From the sequence record PQ631072.1: 64,000 nucleotides of DNA, one strand, 5' to 3'. The notes beneath the pieces are model-generated. The model worked only from the letters and a program-made list of their open reading frames with translations. It was not told where the DNA came from and searched no databases. Source of the stretch: Escherichia phage EC.P2. Of the stretch, positions 36,528-47,339 are shown piece after piece; position 1 is the first letter of the stretch; every line of letters starts with the position of its first letter. The translations under genes were made by a program, and so were the position numbers.

Positions 36528-36687
36528 GTTTTCCTTATATTAGTCGCCCTCCCCATGATCTAGCTCTTGAAACAGTAGGTGTTCAGGAGACATTTCACGT
36601 TTAGGCTTCGTCTTTTTAGTTTGGGACTTAAGCTCTGTTGCCAAAGCACGAGAAAAGATCTTACGTTTCTGTTTACCTTTCATATTG

Positions 36688-36954
36688 TTACTCCGCAATC
36701 TGAGCCATGAATTCACGTAGTTCAGAAAAACCTCCTACGTGGGTTAGATGTTCACCATCTTCCACAAAAATTTGAGGGAAGGTACGTGGCAGAACACCTG
36801 TTTTCTCTAAAACCAGATTCTGAATCTGATCTAAAGAATAGTCTTCATCTAAGGTAAGGTATTTAAAATCCTGTTCACGCTGTTCTAGCAGAATTTTAGC
36901 GTTAGTGCAGAAAGGACAATTTGGTTTACCGTAGATAATAAAATTCATTTTCAC
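36688..36954 (-). CDS. Glutaredoxin-like protein (CPFC active site)
   Basis: IYGKPNCPFCTNAK motif; 88 aa. Confidence 0.75.
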   Translation of the reverse strand: MKMNFIIYGKPNCPFCTNAKILLEQREQDFKYLTLDEDYSLDQIQNLVLEKTGVLPRTFPQIFVEDGEHLTHVGGFSELREFMAQIAE

Positions 36955-37781
36955 TCCTTGTTTAAAAGTATAGTTAAAGTTCTTACAATACCGCTATCAA
37001 CACTTCGCGGATTTAAAGTAGGATCTGTTTTTAAATAAGATGTTGCTGGTCTGACTGCTTTAGAATTATAGGTTGAAGCAGATACAGGATTAACTGTAAC
37101 AGATAAATCTATAACAAGAAATATCTTTCGTGCAAAATCATACCAAGAAATATAATCTGCACCTGCATAGTGTACAATTTTACTATTTACACCATCTTTT
37201 ACAAGTTTAAAAATTGTTTCTGCCAGATCAGGTGCATAAGTAGGACATGATAAATGATCACATACTACATTAAATTCTTTTTGACCACCGTTGTAGCGTT
37301 CCAACATAGTTTTCAAAAAGTTATGTCCAAACTCACTATAAACAGAAGCTGTTCTGATAATAAGTGCTGTAGGACAAACTGTTTGTACTAAAGTTTCACC
37401 TAATTGTTTACTGTAACCATAGGTGTTCAAGGGGTTTGTTTTACTATCTTCTGTGCCAGCGACATGCCCATCAAAAACATAGTCTGTTGAAATATGTACA
37501 AACTGTATCAGTAAATCATTACATGCTTTGGCAATGTTTGTTGCACCGTATGCATTAACATTTATACAGGTGTTAACATCTTCTTCAGCTTTATCTACTG
37601 CTGTGTAAGCCGCACAATTCACAACAACATCAGGCACGTGCTGTACAAGACTATTCATAACATCTTTAAAGTTGGTAATGTCTATATCACTTGCTTCAAT
37701 CAAAATAACATCTTCTGGCGCAACTTTTGCCAAAGACTGTCCTAATTGACCTTTTGAACCAAAGATTAAAAATTTTGTCAA
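36951..37781 (-). CDS. rmlD: dTDP-4-dehydrorhamnose reductase
   Basis: N-terminal FGSKGQLG Rossmann motif; position in rmlBACD cluster. Confidence 0.8.
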   Translation of the reverse strand: MTKFLIFGSKGQLGQSLAKVAPEDVILIEASDIDITNFKDVMNSLVQHVPDVVVNCAAYTAVDKAEEDVNTCINVNAYGATNIAKACNDLLIQFVHISTDYVFDGHVAGTEDSKTNPLNTYGYSKQLGETLVQTVCPTALIIRTASVYSEFGHNFLKTMLERYNGGQKEFNVVCDHLSCPTYAPDLAETIFKLVKDGVNSKIVHYAGADYISWYDFARKIFLVIDLSVTVNPVSASTYNSKAVRPATSYLKTDPTLNPRSVDSGIVRTLTILLNKE

Positions 37782-38332
37782 AATATGATCTCCTTTAGTG
37801 TTTTGGCTTGCTGATCTTTTTGTGACAAGATAGGTTTAAAATTAATATCATTAAAGATTAAATCAAAACCCCAATCTATATTGATATCTGGATCATTCCA
37901 CGCAAGACTACACTCTGAAGTCGGATCGTAATATTCTGTGCATTTATATTCAAAATCAGCAATATCGCTAATCACAACAAAACCATGAGCGAAACCAGGA
38001 GGAATCCAAAATTGTGTTTTATTCTTTTCAGATAAGAGAACACCTACCCATTCTCCAAATGTTGGACTACCAACCCTAATATCTACAGCAACATCATAAA
38101 CTTCACCACGAACACAACGTACTAACTTCCCTTGTGGGTTTTTCTTTTGAAAATGAAGCCCACGTAGAACTCCTCGAATAGAACGTGAATGGTTATCTTG
38201 GACAAAGTTTTGTTTACCTATGTATTGATCATATAAAGCCTGATTAAAACTTTCTAAGAAAAAACCACGTTCATCTCCGTAAACGTCAGGTTGAATGATC
38301 AACAAATCTTCGATTTTTGTTGCTTGAATCAT
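37778..38332 (-). CDS. rmlC: dTDP-4-dehydrorhamnose 3,5-epimerase
   Basis: RGVLRGLHFQ cupin motif; 184 aa. Confidence 0.85.
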   Translation of the reverse strand: MIQATKIEDLLIIQPDVYGDERGFFLESFNQALYDQYIGKQNFVQDNHSRSIRGVLRGLHFQKKNPQGKLVRCVRGEVYDVAVDIRVGSPTFGEWVGVLLSEKNKTQFWIPPGFAHGFVVISDIADFEYKCTEYYDPTSECSLAWNDPDINIDWGFDLIFNDINFKPILSQKDQQAKTLKEIIF

Positions 38333-38344
38333 TTAACTCCCCCT

Positions 38345-39214
38345 TTATTTTAATTTAAGTAAATACTTACCGTAGTCTGTTTTACTTAAAACCTCTCCAG
38401 AACTTCTTACAGAGTCTAAAGTAATCCATTCATTTTTAAAAGCAATCTCTTCTAGGCATGCAACCTTCATCCCTTGTTGCTTTTCTATTGCATGAACAAA
38501 TTGAGATGCTTCCATAAGACTTTCATGTGTTCCTGTATCCAGCCAAGTGAAACCCCTTCCTAGTTTACAGACACGTAAAGTCTTTTCTTTCCAGTACATC
38601 TCATTTATATCTGTAATCTCTAACTCCCCTCTAGCAGAAGGTTTAACGCTCTTAGCTTTCTGTATAACAGAATTATCGTAAAAGTACAAGCCTGTGATTG
38701 CATAGTTGCTTTTTGGTGTTTTTGGTTTTTCTTCAATACTCACCACTGTACCTTCAGAATCAAATTCAACAACACCAAATCTTTCAGGATCATTTACGTG
38801 ATACCCAAAAATATTAGCTCCACCATTCTTTTCAATATGTTCTTTAGCAGAATCTAAAATGCTACCAAAACTCTGACCAAAGAATAAATTATCACCTAGC
38901 ACAAGTGCTACAGAATCTTCACCAATAAAGTTCTCACCAATAATAAAGGCTTCTGCTAAACCTTTTGGGCTGTTCTGTACTGCATACTGTAGGGAAATAC
39001 CAAAAGAAGAACCATCACCTAGAAGATTTACAAAATTAACTTGATCTTCTGGTGTTGTAATTATTAGTATTTCCCTAATTCCAGAAAGCATTAGGACAGA
39101 GAGTGGATAATAAATCATAGGCTTATCGTAAATTGGTAATAGTTGTTTACTAACCCCTTTAGTAACTGGGTAAAGTCTTGTTCCACTACCACCTGCTAAG
39201 ATAATACCTTTCAT
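38345..39214 (-). CDS. rmlA: Glucose-1-phosphate thymidylyltransferase
   Basis: [19 protein letters not shown]-terminus; 289 aa. Confidence 0.9.
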   Translation of the reverse strand: MKGIILAGGSGTRLYPVTKGVSKQLLPIYDKPMIYYPLSVLMLSGIREILIITTPEDQVNFVNLLGDGSSFGISLQYAVQNSPKGLAEAFIIGENFIGEDSVALVLGDNLFFGQSFGSILDSAKEHIEKNGGANIFGYHVNDPERFGVVEFDSEGTVVSIEEKPKTPKSNYAITGLYFYDNSVIQKAKSVKPSARGELEITDINEMYWKEKTLRVCKLGRGFTWLDTGTHESLMEASQFVHAIEKQQGMKVACLEEIAFKNEWITLDSVRSSGEVLSKTDYGKYLLKLK

Positions 39215-39222
39215 ACTCCTCC

Positions 39223-40212
39223 TTAAACTTTATTTTCCCACCACTCTTTGTTATCTACATACCAATCAATGGTTGAATAAAGTTTTTCTTCAAATGTGCC
39301 TTTAGCTTTCCACCCTAATTCCTTTTCAATCTTATAAGGATTCACTTCGTATCTTAAATCATGCCCAGGTCTATCTGTAACCATCTCAATGAGGCTACAA
39401 GCATCTGTTTCAGATGGATACACCGCATCCATATAATCACAAATCATATAGATTACATCAATATTAGTTCTAGGGTTTCTGCTTCCAATATTATATGTTT
39501 CTCCAGGTTTGCCTTTAGTTACTACTAGGTGTAATGCTTCTGCGTGATCGTCAACGTATAACCAATCTCTTACTTGAAGACCATTACCATAAACAGGGAT
39601 TGGTTTATGCATCAAGATATTTGTTATCGTTTTAGGTATTAGTTTTTCTGGATGATGATATGCTCCAAAATTATTTGAACAATTTGTTATAACTGTCGGA
39701 ACACCATAAGTACGATGCCACGCTCTTACCAAATGATCGCTTGCTGCCTTAGATGCAGCATATGGACTACTTGGCTTATAAGGATTCTGTTCTGTAAACG
39801 GATAATCCCCTTCTTCCAGATCACCATACACTTCATCTGTTGAAATATGATGGAACATTTTAAGATTTGATTTATCTCCCATTAAACGAACAGCTTCTAG
39901 AAGATTAAATGTCCCAACAATATTTGAATTTATAAAAACACTCGGTGATGCTATTGAATTATCTACGTGACTTTCTGCTGCAAGATGCATTATATAATCT
40001 GGATTAACATCTGCCACAATCTTAGCAGTTAACTGCGCATTTGTCAAGTCAACACGACAAAACTTTACATTAGGTGTTTCTGATAAATTTCTAGGGTCTG
40101 AAGCGTAACCCCATTTATCTATAACGTAAATATCATTCTTAGTATTTTTAGCCAGGAAACGAACTACTGCACTTCCAATAAAGCCTAAACCACCTGTTAC
40201 TAAGTATTTCAT
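39223..40212 (-). CDS. rmlB: dTDP-glucose 4,6-dehydratase
   Basis: [18 protein letters not shown]-terminus; 329 aa SDR. Confidence 0.85.
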   Translation of the reverse strand: MKYLVTGGLGFIGSAVVRFLAKNTKNDIYVIDKWGYASDPRNLSETPNVKFCRVDLTNAQLTAKIVADVNPDYIMHLAAESHVDNSIASPSVFINSNIVGTFNLLEAVRLMGDKSNLKMFHHISTDEVYGDLEEGDYPFTEQNPYKPSSPYAASKAASDHLVRAWHRTYGVPTVITNCSNNFGAYHHPEKLIPKTITNILMHKPIPVYGNGLQVRDWLYVDDHAEALHLVVTKGKPGETYNIGSRNPRTNIDVIYMICDYMDAVYPSETDACSLIEMVTDRPGHDLRYEVNPYKIEKELGWKAKGTFEEKLYSTIDWYVDNKEWWENKV

Positions 40213-40406
40213 TTAGTCTCCTTCCAATTATTTCCTTCAGTAAAAATAATACCTTCATAAAACAACCATCTGGAACCTTTTTCAACAGGAACAGGAATCT
40301 CTTCTTCAGTAAAGTTATAAACCTCTCTAGCATCTTCTAAAAGTGATGCAAATGTTTTTGGACTTACTGTTACGCGAGGAGCATTGATCAGTCGATCTAG
40401 CATCAT
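40209..40406 (-). CDS. Hypothetical protein (65 aa)
   Basis: Track ORF trimmed to ATG with GGAGG RBS. Confidence 0.4.
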   Translation of the reverse strand: MMLDRLINAPRVTVSPKTFASLLEDAREVYNFTEEEIPVPVEKGSRWLFYEGIIFTEGNNWKETK

Positions 40407-40419
40407 TCTACTATCCTCC

Positions 40420-40746
40420 TTACCAAACGTGTTGAGAAATAATAGTTTCCGTTTCAATGTTATATTTTTCAAGAAGTTGTACGTAGGCTTCTTTTGCATT
40501 CTTATTTAGTTGCTCAAGATCTACAGCTATACTTCCTTCGCCACCTTCTAAATAAATGCCATATATGCAATAAGATTCATCAGCATCATAGAAAGGAGAG
40601 ATACGACTTAAATCAAGACCTTCTTGTAAGAACCAGTTCAAATCTCCATCAAATTCTTCTTCAATTTTAGGATCTTCTCCTACAGCCTCTTCCCATTTAT
40701 TAAAAGGTGCACCCTGTAACATACGCCATGCAATATCAACTCCCAC
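40420..40746 (-). CDS. Hypothetical acidic protein (108 aa, GTG start)
   Basis: ORF with GAGGAGG RBS. Confidence 0.45.
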   Translation of the reverse strand: MGVDIAWRMLQGAPFNKWEEAVGEDPKIEEEFDGDLNWFLQEGLDLSRISPFYDADESYCIYGIYLEGGEGSIAVDLEQLNKNAKEAYVQLLEKYNIETETIISQHVW

Positions 40747-40882
40747 TATCTTCCTCCTCTTCTTTTTCTTCTGTATGAACGAAACCTAAGCCGTTACAAT
40801 TCCAACAAGGAATAAATTGTTCCATACTAACAATAAAATTCCCAGTACCACCGCAGACAGGACAAATACTTACATCGTCCAT
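40736..40882 (-). CDS. Small zinc-ribbon protein (48 aa)
   Basis: CPVCGG ... CWNCNG; below track cutoff. Confidence 0.35.
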   Translation of the reverse strand: MDDVSICPVCGGTGNFIVSMEQFIPCWNCNGLGFVHTEEKEEEEDSGS

Positions 40883-40884
40883 TA

Positions 40885-41067
40885 TTAAAGCTCCTCAATC
40901 TTTTCTAACATCTGTTTTAACTCATTCTCTGTTAACAGAATTTCTGTGATACCATCATAAGTTTCTACCATCAGAGTAAAACATTTCTCTCCATCTGAAC
41001 ACACAAAAGCGCCACCTTCATCTTCTGTTAAGTCAGAATTAATATCTACATCAACAAAATCAATCAT
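40885..41067 (-). CDS. Hypothetical protein (60 aa)
   Basis: Trimmed to ATG with AAGGAG RBS. Confidence 0.4.
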   Translation of the reverse strand: MIDFVDVDINSDLTEDEGGAFVCSDGEKCFTLMVETYDGITEILLTENELKQMLEKIEEL

Positions 41068-41278
41068 CTTTTTCTCCTTTGATAATTTCAAACTTGGCTA
41101 CACCATTAACTATAATATGACCGCAAGACATAACTCCTAGCCAATGATCACCATTCTTTTTTAAACGTTTGCCGTAAACATCACAGAAACCATTCTGTAA
41201 TTCGGAAGCCTCATAAGAGGCTCCCTTTTCGAAAACGTCTTTGAAGTCAGAAATTAATCCAACACAAAGTAGTTTCAT
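41060..41278 (-). CDS. Hypothetical protein (72 aa)
   Basis: ORF. Confidence 0.45.
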   Translation of the reverse strand: MKLLCVGLISDFKDVFEKGASYEASELQNGFCDVYGKRLKKNGDHWLGVMSCGHIIVNGVAKFEIIKGEKDD

Positions 41279-42363
41279 TAGAAGTCTAACTCCTCGTCAT
41301 CACTTACATCTTTATTTGCTGAATTCAGTTTGTAAGCTGTAATTTGGATCTCCTGTGCTGCTGCTTGAATTTGATCTGGATTTAACCAAACATCCATCCA
41401 AGGCAGTGGACTTTTCTTCGGTGCACGGAATTTGTGTTTCATTTTCAGTCTGCGATAGATAGGTGCAGCATTGAAGTAAACCCAAAGTTTGAACAACTCT
41501 GCGTTACCACCAACGATAACCCTTCCTTCACTAAACAAATAGTCACACCAATCTTCCTCTTGTCCAACTACCGTATCAAGAATTTCTGTCAGAACGTCGA
41601 TATTATCTTCGTATACTTTTCTCCAAACAGGATCTTTCAGCAGTGCATCAATAATAGCATAATCCATTTTAACGTGCAATAGTTCATCCAACATAATTTT
41701 TTGAATGAGTTTAGCTGCACCTACAAACAATTGCTGCTCTGCTAAGGCAAATGTTGCAGCAAAAGAGGATATGAATTGAATGCCTTCCAGACCGATAAGT
41801 GCAATCATTCCTTTCAAGATCAGTAGACGAAGGTTATCATCCTTCTCAATCAGACCTAGAGCATATTTATGTCCTGCCTCTGCCAGATCACCCATTATCT
41901 CTTCAACTATACCCATCCTCTGGAAGATTCTTTCATTCTCCATAATCTGATCGATAACTTCATTTGGATTAGGGATACACTGACGAATAATTTCAGAATA
42001 TGTCAAAGCGTGTAAAACTTCCATTTCTGATTGCTTCATCATCATTGCACATGCTTCGTTGTTGCTTAAAAATGGTGCAAACAAAGTGATAATTGATTTA
42101 GCAAGTGAATCATTTTCCCATTGGAAAGATAGGTTTTTGATCATAACATCATAGTTGCTTTTAGAACAAGCTACGAAATCTTTTCGTGTCTGATCTAAGT
42201 CTACTTCGTTTTCATCCCAATCTTGCTGTTTTTGTAGTTTGTACAGACGATGCATTTCTGGGTATGTTACATTAATAGAATCAAAAATACCTAACTGTTC
42301 TCCCAAAAATACAGGATAGAAACCTTCTTTGTAAGTGTCGTTGTATAAATTAATCGCTGCCAT
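41278..42363 (-). CDS. nrdB: Ribonucleotide reductase class Ia small subunit
   Basis: LIGLEGIQFISSFAATFALAE block; adjacent to nrdA. Confidence 0.85.
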   Translation of the reverse strand: MAAINLYNDTYKEGFYPVFLGEQLGIFDSINVTYPEMHRLYKLQKQQDWDENEVDLDQTRKDFVACSKSNYDVMIKNLSFQWENDSLAKSIITLFAPFLSNNEACAMMMKQSEMEVLHALTYSEIIRQCIPNPNEVIDQIMENERIFQRMGIVEEIMGDLAEAGHKYALGLIEKDDNLRLLILKGMIALIGLEGIQFISSFAATFALAEQQLFVGAAKLIQKIMLDELLHVKMDYAIIDALLKDPVWRKVYEDNIDVLTEILDTVVGQEEDWCDYLFSEGRVIVGGNAELFKLWVYFNAAPIYRRLKMKHKFRAPKKSPLPWMDVWLNPDQIQAAAQEIQITAYKLNSANKDVSDDEELDF

Positions 42364-42685
42364 TTAAATCCTCCACAATATCACACATTGCTTTTATTGT
42401 ATCAATGTGTTTTCTCTCCATACCATTCTCTATGTAAGCCTTCTCTAATGCGTTCCATACACTCTTTGTGAGTAGTACAGTAACCTCTCCGTCATATCTT
42501 GCCCTGGTTAAAGCATACCAGGTAGCTTCTGGATCATTGGAAGCCCATATTTCAACACTGGAAAATTGAAAACCTGCAATATAATGGCAACACCAATCGA
42601 ATGTAAAATCTTTACTATCTACCAGTGTATAATTTCCCCAACGTCTTTGTGGTGTTGCCCCAGGTAATACAACTAATGTAGGCAT
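42350..42685 (-). CDS. Hypothetical protein between nrdA and nrdB (111 aa)
   Basis: Trimmed to ATG with AAGGAGG RBS. Confidence 0.45.
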   Translation of the reverse strand: MPTLVVLPGATPQRRWGNYTLVDSKDFTFDWCCHYIAGFQFSSVEIWASNDPEATWYALTRARYDGEVTVLLTKSVWNALEKAYIENGMERKHIDTIKAMCDIVEDLNGSD

Positions 42686-42725
42686 ATTCCTCCTTAAGAA
42701 AGGGGGACAAAGCCCCCTAGTTTCA

Positions 42726-44987
42726 TTACATCTTACAAGCCTCACAACCAGATTCTTCATCTTCTTGAGCGAGTGAGGTTGCCGATTTTGTTCTACTATT
42801 TAGATAGTACAAAGATTTACCACCAAGTTTTGCAAACTGAAGGATATATTGCATTTCTGATTTAATGGATAAACGACCACCTTCCATTTTAGAATAGTCA
42901 ATCCACTTATCACATGATGCACCTTGATCTAAGAATTTAGTCAATAATCCATATGCTTCAGCCATATCTTTATCTGGCGTATCCCAAGCCGATTGGTAAA
43001 TATCTTTTAGTTTATCATAGTCTGGCACAATAAACAGGACATTACCTTTTTGGCTTTGTTTATAAACTATAGTATCACGTACAGGATACACAGAGTTAGT
43101 CGTATTACTTACAAGACTACTGGACTCATTCGGAGCAATAGCTGCTAATACGCTATTTCGGATACCGCCTTGTGCAATGATATCTTGTCGTAAACCTTCC
43201 CAATCCATTTTAAGTTTAAAATTGCCAATATCGTCTACAGCTTTAGCGTAGGTGTCAATAGGCAACCATCCTTCAGGCCATTTGGTTTTATGCATCCATT
43301 CTGCATTACCCTTCTCTTTTGCCAAACGAAGAGAAGCTCTTGCTAACCAGTAATAATGCCTTTCTGCTAATTCGTGAATTAGTTTTTTGCCGTAAGGATC
43401 TGAATAAGTAACAAAATTACTTGCCAGATAATGTGCAAGGTTTGTAATACCTACACCGATAGACCTACGTGCTTTAGCAGTGATTTCGTTATGTTTAAAC
43501 GGATACTGCATTGTTTCAATAACATTATCAATAGTTAGAACTGTATAGTATGCAACATCTTCATATTCTTCTGGTGTAACACGACCAGCTACAATAGAAG
43601 ACAGGAAGCATAATGCCAATTCTTGATCTTCTGTATTCTCACCTGTGAAAAGATCAGTCATATTGTGAAATGCTTTCGTAGGTAAGAAAATTTCTTGACA
43701 CAAGTTTGACTGATAAATAACATCCTTAAACGGAGTATGCCTATTAGCATTATCCGCAAAGAACATATAAATACGTCCTGTCTCTGCTCTTTGTGTAATA
43801 ATTTCTGCCAGAAGATCTCGTGCTTTTACGAACTTTTTCTTAATTCGTTTGCGACTAACTTTTTCATATACTTCTTCAAACTCTTCCTCGCTTTTATAAA
43901 GCGCCTCATAGAGTTCTGGTGCTTCGTCATAACTAACTAGCATCCAATCTTTACCTTTTGCTGCACGGCGCAGGAAAGCATTGTTTACTACGATAGAGTA
44001 ATCAAGTTTATCTACTCGTTTTTCACTAACAGTAGTTGGGTTTTTCAAACGTACCAGATCTTCAAAATCAGGTTCTAATATTGTAAACGTTACTGTTGCA
44101 CTTCCACCACGACTTGCTTGTTTTGATGCTCCAACACTTGTTTCCATCCATTTCAGATATGGTAAAAGACCACCGTGAACGATACGGTTGTTCTTAACAC
44201 CTTGTCCTGTGGCACGGGTTTGGAGGTTAACACCAATACCTGCATTATTCAATGTATATTCATGCGCAAGATAGTTAGCAATTGCTAAAGATTCTGCTGT
44301 ATCATCTGCTCTAAACAGACAACAAGAAGCACTACCTTTAATCTTAGTACGCAAAGTTGTTAAATAAGGTGATGGTAAATTAATCTTAAGATCACTTACG
44401 TAGGTATATAGACGTTTAATGTCTTCTACTCTGCGATCTTTTGGTTGGATTTCCATTACCTTCATTGCTACACCAATGAATAAAAACTGTGGTGATTCAA
44501 AAACAACATCATTGATCGCATCTTTCACAAGATACTTATCAACCATCTGGCGCAGTACGGAATAACCATAAGTTAGGTTTTTATCGTGATTGACAATCTT
44601 ACCAATCTCAATAATTTCTTCTTCTGTATAATCCATTTTTCCCCAATAGCCTTTACTTACAGACATATTGTAGAAATCCAGGAGGGAGGGGATATTGTGA
44701 TATCCCCCATGAGCCTGTTTATAAATCATACCAAGAAGTAACCGACCTGCCATATCACTATATGCCTGATCTTTCTTATCAATACATGCTGCTATCATAG
44801 CTTTATGTAAATCACGAGTAGGCACACCATCGTAACAACGTTTAACAGCTTCAAGTTCAATTTCAGACCAATTTAATTTACCAGCAGCAAACTCTGACCA
44901 TTTACGAAGTTTTTCTGGATTAAATTCTTCTTTCTTGCCGTTTGTTTTTGTTACATAACGGATAGATTTGCTTAGATACTGAGTCAC
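42726..44987 (-). CDS. nrdA: Ribonucleotide reductase class Ia large subunit
   Basis: NLCQEIFLPT active-site motif; C-terminal CEAC tail; 753 aa. Confidence 0.9.
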   Translation of the reverse strand: MTQYLSKSIRYVTKTNGKKEEFNPEKLRKWSEFAAGKLNWSEIELEAVKRCYDGVPTRDLHKAMIAACIDKKDQAYSDMAGRLLLGMIYKQAHGGYHNIPSLLDFYNMSVSKGYWGKMDYTEEEIIEIGKIVNHDKNLTYGYSVLRQMVDKYLVKDAINDVVFESPQFLFIGVAMKVMEIQPKDRRVEDIKRLYTYVSDLKINLPSPYLTTLRTKIKGSASCCLFRADDTAESLAIANYLAHEYTLNNAGIGVNLQTRATGQGVKNNRIVHGGLLPYLKWMETSVGASKQASRGGSATVTFTILEPDFEDLVRLKNPTTVSEKRVDKLDYSIVVNNAFLRRAAKGKDWMLVSYDEAPELYEALYKSEEEFEEVYEKVSRKRIKKKFVKARDLLAEIITQRAETGRIYMFFADNANRHTPFKDVIYQSNLCQEIFLPTKAFHNMTDLFTGENTEDQELALCFLSSIVAGRVTPEEYEDVAYYTVLTIDNVIETMQYPFKHNEITAKARRSIGVGITNLAHYLASNFVTYSDPYGKKLIHELAERHYYWLARASLRLAKEKGNAEWMHKTKWPEGWLPIDTYAKAVDDIGNFKLKMDWEGLRQDIIAQGGIRNSVLAAIAPNESSSLVSNTTNSVYPVRDTIVYKQSQKGNVLFIVPDYDKLKDIYQSAWDTPDKDMAEAYGLLTKFLDQGASCDKWIDYSKMEGGRLSIKSEMQYILQFAKLGGKSLYYLNSRTKSATSLAQEDEESGCEACKM

Positions 44988-44998
44988 TTCCTCTCCTA

Positions 44999-45247
44999 TT
45001 AATTGTGCATGTTTAGAACATCTACATCATAACCGCCACGCATCTCATTATATAAGCCATTTGCGTATAGAAAACCTTCAAAATGATCTATACCTTCAAA
45101 ACCTTTTGCCTTTGCTTTGCGGTCTGCTTCTTGTCTTTTTGGTGATAATCTTTTAGATGTATCAAGGATAACTGTTACATTGCAACCTAATGTTTCATCA
45201 AAATAGACTTCAATTTCACAGCCTTCATATTTATTACTTTCTGTCAT
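44999..45247 (-). CDS. Hypothetical protein (82 aa)
   Basis: Trimmed to ATG with gagagg RBS. Confidence 0.45.
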   Translation of the reverse strand: MTESNKYEGCEIEVYFDETLGCNVTVILDTSKRLSPKRQEADRKAKAKGFEGIDHFEGFLYANGLYNEMRGGYDVDVLNMHN

Positions 45248-45259
45248 TTGGCCTCTCAA

Positions 45260-45670
45260 TTAGAATTCAGAATCATCATCTCGTGATGGATCATGTTCAT
45301 TTCCGAAGTCTTCCATTTTGATATGAGAGCTACCCCAACCTGTAAAATCTTCTTCTCCAAAGTGCAAAATATCTACACCTTGATAGATTCGCTTATATTT
45401 ATAGTCTTGTCGAACTGGGAAAGTATACAATGTAGTATTTGCAAACACCACACGTCGATTGTTGTTACTACGAATATTAACACCACGTTCTACTGTATAA
45501 TGTCCATCGGTAGACATACCAAGCATTACTAATGCTGCTCGCAATGTGGTGTTATGATACTCGTGAGGAATTTTTCCTCCGTGCTTTTTAGCCATTTCTT
45601 TCCAGATCGGTGTAGCCTTAATGGTAGACATACTTACGGTCGCCCAAATGGTTGTATTAATTAGTGACAT
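45260..45670 (-). CDS. Hypothetical protein (136 aa)
   Basis: ORF with AAGGAG RBS. Confidence 0.5.
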   Translation of the reverse strand: MSLINTTIWATVSMSTIKATPIWKEMAKKHGGKIPHEYHNTTLRAALVMLGMSTDGHYTVERGVNIRSNNNRRVVFANTTLYTFPVRQDYKYKRIYQGVDILHFGEEDFTGWGSSHIKMEDFGNEHDPSRDDDSEF

Positions 45671-45767
45671 AAATTCTCCTTCTCTCTTTTAAGGAGAGCA
45701 TAGCTCTCCTAACGTTAGCCTATACTACACGAATCTCAATTAAAAGTCAACTATAATTTTAAGTTGA

Positions 45768-46739
45768 TCACCATTTTGTATGGTTCGTCAAAAGTTGACG
45801 ATGTTGAATCCAACCACAGAAGTTTCCACTCCACAAACGATGTTTACGATCCATATGTGTAATACCTTCTTCCCAAGAGGAAGGGAACGGAGGAATATTA
45901 ATACCACCTTTCTGTTGTTTTAATCCTGACAAATCCATTTCTTTCATTGGCGTTGCCTGGTGTTCAAACGGAGATGCATGTACCTTTTGTCCAGACAGCA
46001 AACGAGAATAGATATCCAATGCTTTATCTTTAGTATCATTCAACTTACGATAACTTACCTGAGCGCAACAAGAAGCTGAAATAGCTTTTGCTTCATCTTC
46101 TGTCAACACTTTCTCGTTGGAGAAGGTTTCACCCAAGAAATAACGGATCATACCAGTTTCTGGATCTCGATCACGATTAACGTAAGGTGTATGCCATTCC
46201 CCTGGGAAAAGAAGATATGGTTCAGAAGATTCATACAGTTTTTTAATTTCTTTAGCAAGAGCCTCAATAGTAGGATCTGCATCAGCATCTACGCGCAACC
46301 ACAAGAAGTTTTCTAGCTCTGTAGTGGTTACTACAGTCTTCATACGCTGAAATGGTTCTAGTAGGCGGTTTGCAACCTGTTTATGATAACCAGCAAGGGC
46401 AAACTCTTCTGCAAAACGTGCAGCACTTAGTGCAGCCAAGTCCCACCATTCTTTTGCAGTATAACCTGCATCAATCAGGGCATCGTGATCTGTGCCTTTA
46501 TCTTGCATACCTGGTTGGTTAGCACCAAAACGATAAGGACGTGCTGGAGATTGCCGTACCATTTCAATCAGAGTTTTAACAGGGATAGCTCGACTTGATG
46601 CGGCATTACGAGAAAACAAACGATGCGTCATCAATTCAGAGTGAATGATTCGAGGATATTCAAGTTCAAAGGTAACAATATCCTTACCTTCGGATGTTTG
46701 AGAGTGTGCAATAATTTTTGCTGAAATAGAATTTGTCAT
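45768..46739 (-). CDS. thyX: Flavin-dependent thymidylate synthase (ThyX-like), putative
   Basis: HRLFSRNAASSR resembles the ThyX RHR-x7-8-S-x-R signature (first Arg replaced by Thr). Confidence 0.55.
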   Translation of the reverse strand: MTNSISAKIIAHSQTSEGKDIVTFELEYPRIIHSELMTHRLFSRNAASSRAIPVKTLIEMVRQSPARPYRFGANQPGMQDKGTDHDALIDAGYTAKEWWDLAALSAARFAEEFALAGYHKQVANRLLEPFQRMKTVVTTTELENFLWLRVDADADPTIEALAKEIKKLYESSEPYLLFPGEWHTPYVNRDRDPETGMIRYFLGETFSNEKVLTEDEAKAISASCCAQVSYRKLNDTKDKALDIYSRLLSGQKVHASPFEHQATPMKEMDLSGLKQQKGGINIPPFPSSWEEGITHMDRKHRLWSGNFCGWIQHRQLLTNHTKW

Positions 46740-46748
46740 TATTTCTCC

Positions 46749-47339
46749 TTAAGGTAGTAAAATACTTTCAATTTCTTCCCACTGATTATCTAAACCAGTG
46801 ATAATTACATTAGGAAGTTTCTTTAACTCTTCCAAATATGGATCTTCGTAAATAGTGTTGAAATATATTTTCAACGTTTCATCTGGAAACAGGACAAGAT
46901 TTTCAGCCCTATCGTCAATAGTTACATCGCAAGGTAATAAGTATTTTTCTTTTGTTGCGAAAAAGCCATTACCAGATGTTCTACTAAAATCCACTTTATC
47001 TAAAGATCGTGTTACGTGTCTATATTTAGAACTAAGGTGTCCACCCTTAGTGTGGCTCGCTATAGATATATTAGCTCCATTTGCAATTATACGATGAACA
47101 ACATCTGTACTATTAGGTACTACTCCCATAGTATCATATAGATGTTGGTTATCCCAAAAAGAGTAAGGATCTACACCAAATTGCTTTTTAAAATCAGGGA
47201 AATATTTCGTAATATCATAGTGCACAGTCTTATGTGTCTTATCAAATTTGATATTAGATCTACTTACCGCATTTAACCAATTTAACCATTCTATATCCGC
47301 TGGAGCTATTACTAAATCCCAATCACATACTAGACGCAT
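46749..47339 (-). CDS. HAD-like 5'(3')-deoxyribonucleotidase, putative
   Basis: N-terminal VCDWDLV resembles the HAD DxDx(V/T) motif; weak call. Confidence 0.3.
   Translation of the reverse strand: MRLVCDWDLVIAPADIEWLNWLNAVSRSNIKFDKTHKTVHYDITKYFPDFKKQFGVDPYSFWDNQHLYDTMGVVPNSTDVVHRIIANGANISIASHTKGGHLSSKYRHVTRSLDKVDFSRTSGNGFFATKEKYLLPCDVTIDDRAENLVLFPDETLKIYFNTIYEDPYLEELKKLPNVIITGLDNQWEEIESILLP

Noticed and set aside
40148-40333. 61-aa minus-strand ORF overlapping the rmlB start
   Set aside because: Different frame overlapping the well-supported rmlB N-terminus; no RBS.
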